The position numbers were made by a program, and so were the translations under genes. Positions 29,112 to 39,043 of a stretch of DNA of 64,000 nt are shown here, piece by piece. Numbering within the stretch: the stretch's first letter is position 1; each line of letters begins with the position of its first letter. The stretch spans positions 5,668-69,667 of IMG/VR virus record IMGVR_UViG_3300046000_009133. One strand, written 5' to 3'. The stretch comes from a virus. Under the pieces are notes generated by a model that saw only the letters and a list, made by a program, of their open reading frames with translations, was not told the origin of the DNA and ran no database searches.

Positions 29112-29555
29112 TCAGTCGATCAAGTTTTTCGAAGCTTTGCCTTTCAGCTTGGCTTCGGCAGCAGCAGCTTCGGCAGCAGCAGCTTCGGCAGCAGCGGCTT
29201 CGGCAGCAGCGGCTTCGGCAGCAGCGGCTTCGGCAGCAGCGGCTTCGGCAGCAGCGGCTTCGGCAGCAGCGGCTTCGGCAGCAGCGGCTTCGGCAACAGC
29301 GGCTTCGGCAGCAGCGGCTTCGGCAGCAGCGGCTTCGGCAGCAGCGGCTTCGGCAGCAGCGGCTTCGGCAACAGCGGCTTGCAGATCAGGGTTGCTCATT
29401 TTGAACAACGCGATCTCGGCGCTGGTGGCCTCACGAATTGCACCCATCAGCAGCATTTCCGCGAAGTTTTTCACATCGGTCACAGGCAGCACAGTGCCAG
29501 GTTCGATTGCGATCTGCCGCATGATGATCCGATGCAGACTATATGCAAAATCCAT
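29112..29555 (-). CDS. virion-associated protein with (AAAAE)15 tract
   Basis: GGGAG SD; ORF directly after the major capsid gene. Confidence 0.7.
   Translation of the reverse strand: MDFAYSLHRIIMRQIAIEPGTVLPVTDVKNFAEMLLMGAIREATSAEIALFKMSNPDLQAAVAEAAAAEAAAAEAAAAEAAAAEAAVAEAAAAEAAAAEAAAAEAAAAEAAAAEAAAAEAAAAEAAAAEAAAAEAKLKGKASKNLID
29151..29380. repeat. 15-bp tandem repeat (GGCTTCGGCAGCAGC), about 15 copies
   Basis: Read directly from sequence. Confidence 0.95.
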
Positions 29556-29576
29556 GGGAGTCTCCCTTCTAAGATG

Positions 29577-29610
29577 AAAAGCGCGCAGCCCCGTTGTGAG
29601 GCTGCGCTGT
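29577..29610 (-). terminator. intrinsic terminator after major capsid gene
   Basis: GCGCAGCC/GGCTGCGC stem followed by TTTT on the minus strand. Confidence 0.65.
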
Positions 29611-29614
29611 TGGC

Positions 29615-30727
29615 TTACGGTGCCAGCACGTTGGCCAGCAACGTAGCGTTCGGGTTGATCGGCACCATCAGCGGAGCGGACTCGTGCTGAATGTATTCGA
29701 CCTCTTGGGGCTTCGGCCCCAGCCAGTTCTGGCCGAAGATTTCCAGCGGCATGTAACTGGCGGCGCGGGACTTGATCGCACCGAACGCCTGGTGACCCAT
29801 CACGTCTTCAGCAGTGCCGGTGAACAGCATCTGATGCGAACCCAAGTAGCGGGTCGATGCGTTCGTCTGCGGATCGAGGTAGGTCGAGTTGTCCACCCAC
29901 AGTTCGATGATCTGGCCAGAAGCGCCGCCGACGCCGATGGTCCCAACACGGAACACTTTCTGACCCGCAGCCGTGTAAAGCCCACGCTCATATTCCAACA
30001 CAGGCTTTGAACTGTAGTTCATATCCAGCAACGCTTTGAACTCAGCGTTCGCACGCATCGCTTTCCAGACGTTCGCGCCCATGGTCACACGAACCGGGAC
30101 TGCGCCAAAGGCCGTCACGGACATGGTGTCGATCACCAGTTGCAGGAAGTCCAGAATGGACACACCAACATCACCGAAGCGGTCACCTGGGCCAAGCGTG
30201 ATTGTGTGCCCAGCGTCACGCTGGAAGTCCACCAGGGTCGAAGGGTATTCATCCCCGACCAAAGTGATCTTGCCATCACGCAACGCCACAGCCGCCATGT
30301 AGTTGTGCGTGCGCTTGATGGCACGAACATGCGAGGAAGTCATCGCAGCCCGGATCAAGTCGAGGCGCTGCATGGGGGTGATCAAATCCAGGCGCACTTG
30401 GCTCATGTTCGAGTCGATACCAACGCGCCGGGTCAGGGGCATCAGAGGGTCGATCTCGTCATGCACCTTCACATAGGCAGGCTTGAACCGATAAGCAGTC
30501 GAACTGTCGTCATAGACCGACCGGCCCCGCCCTTCAGGCAACACGAACGGCGCCAGTTTGCGGTTCAGAATCGGCATCTTTTCGAAGTCGATATAACCGG
30601 TCGCATCGGTCTCGACGGTTTTGGTGAACCACTGCATCCAGTAGAGGGGATCTTCCTCCACATGGCGCATCACACCCAAGAAGGTGTTGGTGTCCCAAAG
30701 TTCATAGTTCACAGAAGTCGAAGGCAT
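29615..30727 (-). CDS. major capsid protein (lambda gpE-like)
   Basis: KLAPFV.P...G......F.PAYVK; C-terminal ESAPLMVP..PNA. Confidence 0.92.
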   Translation of the reverse strand: MPSTSVNYELWDTNTFLGVMRHVEEDPLYWMQWFTKTVETDATGYIDFEKMPILNRKLAPFVLPEGRGRSVYDDSSTAYRFKPAYVKVHDEIDPLMPLTRRVGIDSNMSQVRLDLITPMQRLDLIRAAMTSSHVRAIKRTHNYMAAVALRDGKITLVGDEYPSTLVDFQRDAGHTITLGPGDRFGDVGVSILDFLQLVIDTMSVTAFGAVPVRVTMGANVWKAMRANAEFKALLDMNYSSKPVLEYERGLYTAAGQKVFRVGTIGVGGASGQIIELWVDNSTYLDPQTNASTRYLGSHQMLFTGTAEDVMGHQAFGAIKSRAASYMPLEIFGQNWLGPKPQEVEYIQHESAPLMVPINPNATLLANVLAP

Positions 30728-30745
30728 GGTGTGGGCTCCTTTCCG

Positions 30746-31528
30746 TTATGCGCCGCGAACAGCGACGATGATGTTGGTAGGGGTAGGAGCGTCACGGAAT
30801 GCCGCTTCTTTCTTCGCGTTGGTGTCGTAAGAACCGTGCCAGATCAGCGCGTCACGGTTGAAGCAGCCCGAATACCAGACAGGAGCGCCCAACGTGCCAG
30901 TTGCACCGAGGGTGGCAGACTGCGCCAGAACGCCAATGGGTTTCACGCCGCCAAGGTTCCGCCCGCCCGCCAACGTCGCGGCGCCGAACGAAGTACCAGT
31001 GCCCGCTTCCGTGGTGACAACATCGTTACCGTTCGGACCTAGTTCCTTGGCCGTGATCGTCACCACGCCAACCGCAGACGAAGCGGTGACAGACGGATGG
31101 GATACAGTGTCCGCTCCGTAGGTCGTGCCAGCACCAGCGGCGCCATTGATTGCGGCAACCAAGTTGGCAGCAGACGCCGTGACGGAAGCGCCAATCAGCA
31201 CCTGGTTTGCAGCAGTCAGTGCTGCAACGAGCGTGTAGGTCCGCGTGCCGATGGTGATGGTGTCTGCAGCCGTGCCTACGCCCGAGAACGTCAGAGTGCC
31301 AGTTGCAGCGGCCGCAGCCGCACCATAGGTCGCCAGTGCCAGTTTGCCGGCAGCATCCAGACCAACGACTGAAAACTGCGCGAACGAAGTATTGATCGCC
31401 ATCGGGAAGCTGAACGCCTGTTGCAGTTCTGGATGCTGACCAGCAAGCAGATAGTTTTGCAGATAACTGTCCATGACCTCAAAGGAGGCACGGCCCAAAT
31501 CAGCATAGGGTGGGGTGATGGTTGCCAT
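30746..31528 (-). CDS. head decoration protein (gpD-like) with internal beta-rich insertion
   Basis: PIGVLA...V.YSGCFN.DAL.W core; ~110-aa ATGTLTF...TLAGG insert. Confidence 0.8.
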   Translation of the reverse strand: MATITPPYADLGRASFEVMDSYLQNYLLAGQHPELQQAFSFPMAINTSFAQFSVVGLDAAGKLALATYGAAAAAATGTLTFSGVGTAADTITIGTRTYTLVAALTAANQVLIGASVTASAANLVAAINGAAGAGTTYGADTVSHPSVTASSAVGVVTITAKELGPNGNDVVTTEAGTGTSFGAATLAGGRNLGGVKPIGVLAQSATLGATGTLGAPVWYSGCFNRDALIWHGSYDTNAKKEAAFRDAPTPTNIIVAVRGA

Positions 31529-31534
31529 TGGTAC

Positions 31535-32872
31535 TTACTCCTTCTTGGCTTTGAAACCGTCGATGCCGAACTCCCGAAGGTTGCTCAGCACGCTCGACTT
31601 GGCGTCGGTCTTGTCGTCCTCGTCGTCGTCGCCCGCTGTGATACCGGGTTGCTCAGTCCCAGCCATCGCTGCTTTGAGCATTCCTTTCGGAGCCCCTGCG
31701 GTGGCCGTGGTCTGCTTGTCGCCAGCAGATGCAACCGCCTTTTCTTCCGGTAGCTTGGCTAGTTCGATGGCAGCAGCTTCGGCGGTGATGCCCAGATTGA
31801 CCATCATCCGGGCGGCGCTCGGGCGGGTCTTGGCCAGATCGGAATCCAGAATGGTGGAAATCCGGGTGCGTTCGTCGGTGACGCCGAGGGTCTTGCCTTC
31901 GCTCACACCTTCCGCTTTCGCGGTCGCGGTCGCAGCAGCAACAGCCGTTGCAACCTGCGCTTCAACTTGGGCCTGCGTGATATTGTCGGCCATTTCGTCC
32001 TCTCCTTCAGAGTTGATTGTGGCCACGAAGGCCGTGATTGCGTCGTCAAAAGTGCCAATTGCATCGGCCAACCCGTTTTCGATCGCCTCTTGCGCCATGA
32101 ACGTCAGAGCATTGGTTTTATCGACCGCCACTTCGCTCATTCCGCGGTTCCGTGCCACAATGGCCACGAACTGATTGTGGAACTCATCCACGCGAGCCTG
32201 AATGCGCTCTTGGGCATCCTTGCTCAAAATCTCATAGGGGTTACCTTCCATCTTTCCAGGCTTCGACCTGATAATAGTGGTCTTGTATCCCGCGTTCGCC
32301 AGCATCTCGGAATATTCCATGTGGATAACAACCACACCGATAGATCCCACCCCACCCGTCCGCGCCACGGTGATGCTGTCAGCGACAGAGGCGATGCTGT
32401 AGGCAGCCGAGTAAGCATGTTCGCAGGCAAAGGATTGGATAGGCTTGCGCCCGCGCACCGCGAATATTTTGTCAACCAGTGCGAAGTTGCCGGAAACCAG
32501 CCCGCCGCCAGAGTCGATCACCAGAGCGATACCCTTCACATCCGAGTCGTCCATGCCACGCTTGACGGCTTCCCAGATGTATTCGTAGCCGGTGGCGTAA
32601 GCGCCATAGGCGTAGGGGAAGTTGTTCAGCAGCACGCCTTTGACCGGGACATGCAGAATGCCATCTTTGACTTTGTACGGCCGGTAGTAGGACCGATAGT
32701 CATCTGTGCTGAACCAGAAGTCGTTGTCGTTCGCCGTTTCGATCTTGGCGAATTCCGCCGAGGCTTCCTCAACTTTGGACAAGCAGGCTTCCAACCACGC
32801 GCTGCGGCCTTCTTCGATCAGCGCAGGCTGATCATTGAACTGCGCCATCAGATGATTCATTTTATGCGACAT
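31535..32872 (-). CDS. prohead protease/scaffold (peptidase S49)
   Basis: IDSGGG, AYSAAYSIAS, GSIGVV, A.EAIENGLAD. Confidence 0.93.
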   Translation of the reverse strand: MSHKMNHLMAQFNDQPALIEEGRSAWLEACLSKVEEASAEFAKIETANDNDFWFSTDDYRSYYRPYKVKDGILHVPVKGVLLNNFPYAYGAYATGYEYIWEAVKRGMDDSDVKGIALVIDSGGGLVSGNFALVDKIFAVRGRKPIQSFACEHAYSAAYSIASVADSITVARTGGVGSIGVVVIHMEYSEMLANAGYKTTIIRSKPGKMEGNPYEILSKDAQERIQARVDEFHNQFVAIVARNRGMSEVAVDKTNALTFMAQEAIENGLADAIGTFDDAITAFVATINSEGEDEMADNITQAQVEAQVATAVAAATATAKAEGVSEGKTLGVTDERTRISTILDSDLAKTRPSAARMMVNLGITAEAAAIELAKLPEEKAVASAGDKQTTATAGAPKGMLKAAMAGTEQPGITAGDDDEDDKTDAKSSVLSNLREFGIDGFKAKKE

Positions 32873-34541
32873 TCTTCTCCCTTTCTTTTCCGGTTAGGGA
32901 GTTCTGCATGTCCTGGGTGTTCGGGTCGGTGTAGATGGACGGTATCTTCAAATCTGTATCCATTGCCAGTTCGCGCTTGATCTGCCGCTTGATCTGCCGC
33001 CAGTCGCCGCCCGACATTTTCGCAATTTCAACTTCCTGCGTGGACAAGCCGTTTTTCATCCGCAGAATTGCTGCCTGCGTCTCTTTCAACGGGTCGATCT
33101 GTCCCTGCCCCGCACCGATCCACGCAGCCTCACAATAGGCGTCGATGTTCTGCGACTCGTAGAAGTTTGGCATGTTGCGGCGCTTGAAGCATTCCAGATC
33201 GGCATAGTTGACGGCTTCTTCCATCCACAGCCGATAAACGAAGTTCGCGGTGCCATCGGCCACGAGGCGTTTCTTGGGCAACATGCCACGCAGCGACTCG
33301 CCAATGCTGGCACGGGCCGACGAGTAGTTCGTCTTCGTGTAGTCGCGCGAAAGCTGCTCGTAAGAGACCCCGAGGCTGGTTGCGATGTGGCGCAGCAGCG
33401 ATGCTTCGAATTGCTCACCCAAGGGGCTTTGCGCGCCGGGGTTTTGAATTTTCAGATGGGTGTTCGGCAGGAAGACGGGGATCTTCGCGCCTTCCATATG
33501 GATGTTACGGGCGCTGTCTTGGTAAGCAGCCTGCATCTCCAGAAACTTCTGGATACCATCCACATAAGGGTTTTCAGATGTCTGACCGGCGCCCATGGAC
33601 AGGGCAGCTTCGCCCGGAATATCAGTTTCGATGGTGGCAGCATAAGTCGCGCCGATCACGGCACGCTGCAATTCGGTCTTGCGGAAATGCTTCAGCATCC
33701 GCATTTCGCTAAGAGCAGTCACCATCCCAGCTACGCCGCGCGTCTGATCCGGCCGCAGGCTTTCGTAGATGTGCAGAACCTGCTGTCGACCCCAAGGGTT
33801 GAACCGCTTCACCCGTTTCCAAGTGGGCAAGCCAAAGTTGCCGTAGGTCAGCCGCACGTCATTCGGATGCTCTGTGCGAATGTGATATGCGATTGGGGCA
33901 CCGCGCTTCGTGCGCTCAACACCCGAACGAATCCGCTGAGTGTAGGCGAAATCCAACCCTTGCGGTGTGCTCAGGCGATCCGCGTCAATCATCATCATGT
34001 TCGAGGCAAACGGGCGTCCATCATCGTCCCATTCAGCAGTGCCCAGCACCTCGCCACCAGAGACATGGGTGCCGACAGCAAGCCGTATCAAACCTGTCAG
34101 CGTGTTGACGCGTTGCGCATCCGGCCAGCACATCGGGCTTTCAGCCCAGAAGCCGAAACGGGTTTCGATTTCTTCCTGCGCCTCGGATTCCCAGTCCTCA
34201 TCAATTTTGCCAAACAGGATCTTGCTGTTGGGCTTCGCATTGAGGCGATACTGCTCACCAACGATGGTGTCTTTGTGGGTCGCAGCGCCGCCCGCCACAT
34301 AGGCATCGTTGCGCTGCATGTCGCGCACACGGGCGTCCAGACGCGGTTTCTCATAGAGCATGTCACCGTCAGCGGAACGTAGCGGCGGTGCCCATGTCGC
34401 AAGTTGATCATGGACGCTCGACCCATCATAAGCTACTCCGCCACCGGCCACTGCCATAACCGGTGGCGGAGCAATCGCATCAGCCGTGGTCAGGGAGACA
34501 CCATCCAGAGGGCCGAGCAGATGGGAGAGATCGGTGCTCAT
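32862..34541 (-). CDS. portal protein (lambda family)
   Basis: RD..RND; R.DQTRGV; GVSYEQLSRDY...NYSSARAS; IDPLKE. Confidence 0.95.
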   Translation of the reverse strand: MSTDLSHLLGPLDGVSLTTADAIAPPPVMAVAGGGVAYDGSSVHDQLATWAPPLRSADGDMLYEKPRLDARVRDMQRNDAYVAGGAATHKDTIVGEQYRLNAKPNSKILFGKIDEDWESEAQEEIETRFGFWAESPMCWPDAQRVNTLTGLIRLAVGTHVSGGEVLGTAEWDDDGRPFASNMMMIDADRLSTPQGLDFAYTQRIRSGVERTKRGAPIAYHIRTEHPNDVRLTYGNFGLPTWKRVKRFNPWGRQQVLHIYESLRPDQTRGVAGMVTALSEMRMLKHFRKTELQRAVIGATYAATIETDIPGEAALSMGAGQTSENPYVDGIQKFLEMQAAYQDSARNIHMEGAKIPVFLPNTHLKIQNPGAQSPLGEQFEASLLRHIATSLGVSYEQLSRDYTKTNYSSARASIGESLRGMLPKKRLVADGTANFVYRLWMEEAVNYADLECFKRRNMPNFYESQNIDAYCEAAWIGAGQGQIDPLKETQAAILRMKNGLSTQEVEIAKMSGGDWRQIKRQIKRELAMDTDLKIPSIYTDPNTQDMQNSLTGKEREKNVA

Positions 34542-34765
34542 GAGAAAATCGGTCGCAAAGGACGAACCGCTGCGGTCGTCGTGCCAGCGATCTGCTGCTT
34601 GAGCCACTGGATATACGCCCAAAGCCGAGACGCATTTGCTGCGGTGTAGCGCGCACGTTCCCCGTTCGCGTCCTGCGCTTCCACCATCGACTTGCCAGTT
34701 TGCAGGTCGTGATAGGCTGCTTCAGCCTCGACCAGCCACGCTTGCATTTGTTCGACGGTCGCCAT
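34538..34765 (-). CDS. head-tail adaptor gpW-like
   Basis: L.EAEAAYHDL.TG......D.NGE...YT.AN...L..YI. Confidence 0.9.
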   Translation of the reverse strand: MATVEQMQAWLVEAEAAYHDLQTGKSMVEAQDANGERARYTAANASRLWAYIQWLKQQIAGTTTAAVRPLRPIFS

Positions 34766-34859
34766 GTGAGAACGGTCCTGTGAGCAATCCTATTGCAGGA
34801 ATACATCAGTCACGTTTCACTTGCAAGTATTGCTTGATTTTCAATCTGTTAGTGAAACT

Positions 34860-37070
34860 CTAGCCTAGCTTCTTGGCCAGTTCTTCCATCGTGAGGCGTT
34901 TCACCTTCACCGGTTCTGTGGGCGGTGCATCCTCGTAACTCGGCAAGAACACATGATCGTTGCCGTCCCACTCGGCTGCCCAAGATGGAACATTGGTTTC
35001 TTCATCCCATCCAATCCGATGGAACTGGATATTGTCGAAGGGCGAGTCCACTTCCACCGGCCGCATCGCTAGTGCCAAGGCATAAGCGGTCAAGTCAAAG
35101 GATTCATTGCGGCGGCTGCCGATCTTCTTCCAACCTTTCGCATCTCTGATTTCGTTTGTCATCTGCTTGAAGAACCACCCAGGCATCCAATTCGGGTAGC
35201 GCAGCATCCCGCCGCCAGCATCGTCCTCCGACTTGACCCTCCTCGCCATGAACCCGGCCACGCCGTCTTTGGCAATCGTTGAGCCAACGTGAATGCGGGG
35301 AATTGCACCGCGCACCAGCGCGTGTTTCGAATTCGCACCAGCTTCCGTGATGCTGGTCTTGGCGATGGGCCAGTTCGGCGTCGGTTCACCTTTGGTGATC
35401 GCGAACTTCCGGTGGCTTCCATCGCCAAGTTCTTTTAGGCGCAACCAGAAACGATAAGCTTGCGTGGTGACGCCTTCTTGTCCGTAACCGTCAACTGAGC
35501 ACATCTTGACGCGCATCCGGCGTCCTGATCCATCAGCCAGTTCGTAGGTCCGCTTGAAGCATTGCTCGTAGAGCATGTCCCAATCTTCGGGAAAGGCTCG
35601 GGGATCGACGGGCAGGTTCTTGCCATCACCATCCAGCCGGTCTGACGAAGTGATCTTGAATCCGTCGATCACCACCATATCGCCGTTCGGCATGAAGCCG
35701 GTCGTCTGGCAGACAAAGCCATCGCCTTGCACGTCAACCGTGATCAGGATGAATCGCACGCCCTCTGGTACCGTGGGATTGTCTTTGGTCGATCCCCAAT
35801 CTTCAACCTTCTCTTTCAGGTCTTCCGGGTTCCGGTCAGACAGTCGCGCCTTAGAAATGTAATAGGAACCATTGTCGGTGGTCGTCCACTTGCGCAGCGG
35901 GCCTTCATCTCTAGTCGCCTCAAATGCGCGGCTGGCCGTGAGATATGATGCCACCAACTCGCCCCAGGTGTAGTATCCGGCGGCCGGCCCCTTGAGCCAA
36001 AAGCTTGCAATCTTGCTGCGGCGCATCTTCTGCCCAGAGATCGGCACCATCTCCCCTTTGGCGTTGATGTAGGCACCCTGCGGCACCCAGCGGCCGCGAG
36101 CGTTAAGCCCTTCCTTGGCTGCTGGCGGAATTGGTTTGCCGCAGCAAGGGCACTCCAGATAGACCGCTTCGGCAGCTTCTGTGATGTCCTCAATATCCTG
36201 CCAGCCTTTCAGCAGATCAAAGGTGCCTTCGAACCATTGGAGGCAATCATCATGGACGCACTGCCACATCCAGAGCCGCCGATCGCCGCGGTTGTAGAGT
36301 TCGAAGATTCCAGTCGAAGGTGGTGCCTCGTGTGGGTGGGTCGGGCGCCACTTCGGATCTTCCATTTCCTTGTCGGGGTTCGGGCTGCTCTCAGCAGCGC
36401 ACATGCCACGCCGCCCCTTGGTTCGCGTCCGTACTGAGCCGAGATCGTAGGGGTTGGAGGATTCAACCGCATCATCGGGAATCCGGTCATAGTCCATAAA
36501 GCCGACCTTACCCACGGTGATGGCCGAGAGGTTCGATGCGGTCGGGAAGGTCAAGTTGAAGCGCATCCCAGATTTGAATTGCTTGTCGAATGTGTTGTCG
36601 AATTGCCTCGCTGTCATCTGACGAGCGCGAACGTCAGTTGAGGCAATCAGAAAGCGATCAAATTCTCCCTTGGACCATTTTCGACCGTTCTTCATGTCAT
36701 TGTGAACAATCAGCATGTCGTCCGGGTCGTTCATTACCGTGTGGGTTGTCCAGTTCAGAAAAATCACGGACTTCCCTGTTCTCGCCGGCCCCACGAAAAT
36801 CATGCCCGTATGATCAAGGCTGGTGAGCGTGTCCTGGGGTTCGGCGATGTAGGGTGTCTTGCGCAGGGACCAATGCACTGTGCGACCGCCACCGTCACCG
36901 AGCATGGTGTATTTCATCGCGGACTCGGTGACCGTCAGCCGCTCGTTGGGCACGAAGTCGCTGGCCACTTTGGCAAGCAAGCCCTCCAGCGTGCGGAAGG
37001 GCGCGCGGTCTAACGTCTCCTGCATCGAGGGGGCTTTGGTGACCTTCTTAGATTTCTGTGTGGTCGTCAC
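34860..37070 (-). CDS. terminase large subunit (lambda gpA family)
   Basis: GPARTGKS Walker A; ESSP; YNRGDRR; TVDVQ; RNESFDL..Y. Confidence 0.95.
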   Translation of the reverse strand: MTTTQKSKKVTKAPSMQETLDRAPFRTLEGLLAKVASDFVPNERLTVTESAMKYTMLGDGGGRTVHWSLRKTPYIAEPQDTLTSLDHTGMIFVGPARTGKSVIFLNWTTHTVMNDPDDMLIVHNDMKNGRKWSKGEFDRFLIASTDVRARQMTARQFDNTFDKQFKSGMRFNLTFPTASNLSAITVGKVGFMDYDRIPDDAVESSNPYDLGSVRTRTKGRRGMCAAESSPNPDKEMEDPKWRPTHPHEAPPSTGIFELYNRGDRRLWMWQCVHDDCLQWFEGTFDLLKGWQDIEDITEAAEAVYLECPCCGKPIPPAAKEGLNARGRWVPQGAYINAKGEMVPISGQKMRRSKIASFWLKGPAAGYYTWGELVASYLTASRAFEATRDEGPLRKWTTTDNGSYYISKARLSDRNPEDLKEKVEDWGSTKDNPTVPEGVRFILITVDVQGDGFVCQTTGFMPNGDMVVIDGFKITSSDRLDGDGKNLPVDPRAFPEDWDMLYEQCFKRTYELADGSGRRMRVKMCSVDGYGQEGVTTQAYRFWLRLKELGDGSHRKFAITKGEPTPNWPIAKTSITEAGANSKHALVRGAIPRIHVGSTIAKDGVAGFMARRVKSEDDAGGGMLRYPNWMPGWFFKQMTNEIRDAKGWKKIGSRRNESFDLTAYALALAMRPVEVDSPFDNIQFHRIGWDEETNVPSWAAEWDGNDHVFLPSYEDAPPTEPVKVKRLTMEELAKKLG

Positions 37071-37561
37071 TTCAGAAGCTCCGCAAGGTTGCTACCCGAA
37101 AGCAAAACCAGCGGCGCGTCACCCTTCACATAAAGCGGGTGGCGCGGGCTTCCATGCTTAGTTTTTCCCAAACATTTCAAACGCGATCCACAAATCTCAA
37201 TCACATCAATTGCACGATAGTTCGCCATTGCGTGCGCGCCCCATGCGCCGACGAGGGGTCCGTCAATCCGTTCAACGAGGTTTTGAATGAAGTGGTCATT
37301 CTCCGGTCCAACGGGGTCTTCAGTTCCGAACAAATTTTCAGGGTTGGTGGACCTGAGAGCGAACAGATTGGCGACCATGATCGAACCGCAGTTTTCGCGC
37401 TTTGCAAATTGAATGCAGCGGCGAATTGTGGGGTCGTCGGCTTCAGCATCAGCAGTGCTTGGGTTCAACATGATGAAACCCATAGTCGGCCCGTCAGACC
37501 ATCGGCGCGTCAAGCGGTAACGATACAACCCACAGTTTGAAATGATTGCATCCGACTTCAT
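37067..37561 (-). CDS. DUF1643 family protein
   Basis: YRY.L.R.W...FIMLNPSTAD...DDPTIRRC...NLFA.R.T.P...AWG...PRHPLY. Confidence 0.92.
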   Translation of the reverse strand: MKSDAIISNCGLYRYRLTRRWSDGPTMGFIMLNPSTADAEADDPTIRRCIQFAKRENCGSIMVANLFALRSTNPENLFGTEDPVGPENDHFIQNLVERIDGPLVGAWGAHAMANYRAIDVIEICGSRLKCLGKTKHGSPRHPLYVKGDAPLVLLSGSNLAELLK

Positions 37562-38265
37562 TCCCCACCTGCCTCATCATAACCATCCAGCCGCGCGTCA
37601 GAAATTTCGTCCATGATCGTGTGACCCATCGACGCCGTGGCGAACTGCTTCGGCTTGTCAACCAAGGCGTCTTTCACGCGCACCATCAGCAGATTCACCT
37701 GATCGGTGATCCAGTTGTATTGCTCGTTTGACAGCGTGTCCTTGTCGGGCATGTCCTCGACCCAGTTCTGAGTCTCGCTCTTGATCATCATCAAAACACG
37801 GCCGAGCAGCGCCATCACATCGTCGTCGTGCCACAGTTGACCGGCTTTCTGCATCGCGCGGATGCGCCCGTTCATGGAATCCCAGAACGCCTTGGAAACC
37901 TGCGGCGGTAAGCTGGCTTGGTTCTGCTGGGCGAACCAGTCTTCGATGTCACCTTTGGGCGGCACCAGATAGGTCATGGCCGTCATCAGATCGTACATGG
38001 GATGCTGCTTGCCCTGATGCGTGGTCCAGGATGCAACGGGGCACTTCTCCAGACGCTTTTGTATCTGGCGCGGTTGTTTACCGAGCATTGACGCCAAGAA
38101 GGTCGCACCGACCGGCTGCCGGAACACGCTGTAATGCGGCATGGTCATGCTCATCGCAGCTTCTTCGGCGTCACGGGCACGCAGCGCTGCTTCTTCGCGC
38201 GTCGGGCGTCCGAGCTTCTGGCGCGGCGCGTCTTCGCCAAGCAGGTTCGACAGGTCAGTTGGCAA
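37558..38265 (-). CDS. terminase small subunit (DUF1441-like)
   Basis: LPP...KAFWD....R......G.LW; upstream of terL. TTG start at 38265 is inferred. Confidence 0.75.
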   Translation of the reverse strand: MPTDLSNLLGEDAPRQKLGRPTREEAALRARDAEEAAMSMTMPHYSVFRQPVGATFLASMLGKQPRQIQKRLEKCPVASWTTHQGKQHPMYDLMTAMTYLVPPKGDIEDWFAQQNQASLPPQVSKAFWDSMNGRIRAMQKAGQLWHDDDVMALLGRVLMMIKSETQNWVEDMPDKDTLSNEQYNWITDQVNLLMVRVKDALVDKPKQFATASMGHTIMDEISDARLDGYDEAGGE

Positions 38266-38437
38266 GGGTTTCTTCCATCCACTTGTCAACGACTTCAAGC
38301 GGCCACACCGCAACCCGGTGCGAGAGGCGCTTCGGCGCTGGAAAACGACCGTCCCTGATCCTGCGATGGATTTCCGTCTTCGACAGGGCGGTCTTCACCA
38401 CCAAGTCTTTCATCCTAAGAAACTGTCCGTCGCTCAT
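38255..38437 (-). CDS. alpA: AlpA-family regulator / recombination directionality factor
   Basis: FLRMKDLVVKTALSKTEIHRRIRDGRFPAP.RL..R.VAVW...EV..W. Confidence 0.9.
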   Translation of the reverse strand: MSDGQFLRMKDLVVKTALSKTEIHRRIRDGRFPAPKRLSHRVAVWPLEVVDKWMEETLAN

Positions 38438-38513
38438 TGATGCGCCCCCATGTGGGCCAATGAGTATCACATTTCGCGTGACATTCAACTACGAATCACG
38501 CTATGAAGATCAG

Positions 38514-39030
38514 GTGAAGTGCAGAGGGATTGAGGCGATGGGCCAAAACCTCGAACTGTAGCCAAGGAGCCAGCCATGAAGCTGTAACCCGCCTGTAGTT
38601 GAACAAACGTTGAAAATCGGCTTTGAGACTAAAACGAGGGGCGCGTCTCGGGTAACGCGCAACAAGTTACGAACCGTGGCGGACCTTATGGTTGCAGGTT
38701 CATCATGGGAATAGGCCACAGATACCCATGGCTTAAAGGCTGAAGTGACAAAACGCGGCTTGACGACGCCAGTAGCAGCCCAACCGTCTGCGTGGTCCCG
38801 GAAATACGGGACAACCGCTTTCTGGCGGTGCATCATTGGAGAAATTGGGCATAGTTTCTCTGTAATACCAATGCCAAGGTTTTGATGCACCCCCTGAGCG
38901 CGGAAAACGACACTTAGTAAGCGGGCCTGACACCACGCAGAGAAGTGAAGGGTGATCGCCGTGCTCTCCATATCCCTCCATGGGATGACTGCCCTGTCAA
39001 ACTGGCTCCTGCTTCGGCGGGAGCCTTTTT
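38514..39030 (+). ncRNA. large structured non-coding RNA candidate (~500 nt), family unassigned
   Basis: No credible ORF; many exact helices (38787-96/38932-41, 38828-35/38883-90, 38834-39/38868-73, 38704-09/38725-30, 38641-46/38655-60, 38524-30/38972-78); promoter-like GTGACA-18-TATGAA upstream; terminator at the 3' end. Confidence 0.75.
39004..39030 (+). terminator. intrinsic terminator
   Basis: GGCTCCTGC-TTCG-GCGGGAGCC-TTTTT. Confidence 0.9.
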
Positions 39031-39043
39031 ATGAGAGGGTGTT

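Noticed and set aside
28905-29690. Alternative-frame ORFs over the 15-bp repeat (GSSGF, LRQQR, PKPLL repeats)
   Set aside because: By-products of a stop-free tandem repeat. Only the minus-strand AAAAE frame has an SD and fits the operon.
18296-34382. Long plus-strand ORFs antisense to structural genes (18296, 20371, 30140, 31967, 33387)
   Set aside because: Typical antisense shadows of GC-rich coding DNA, with no motifs, unlike the two same-strand nested ORFs reported.
38620-38640. Group I intron (GAGACTA resembles the P7/R element)
   Set aside because: No matching AUAGUC S element seen downstream, and no interrupted gene flanks it. The region has its own terminator.
38510-38971. 153-aa minus-strand ORF over the ncRNA candidate
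   Set aside because: No recognisable motifs; the density of exact helices and the plus-strand terminator explain the region better.
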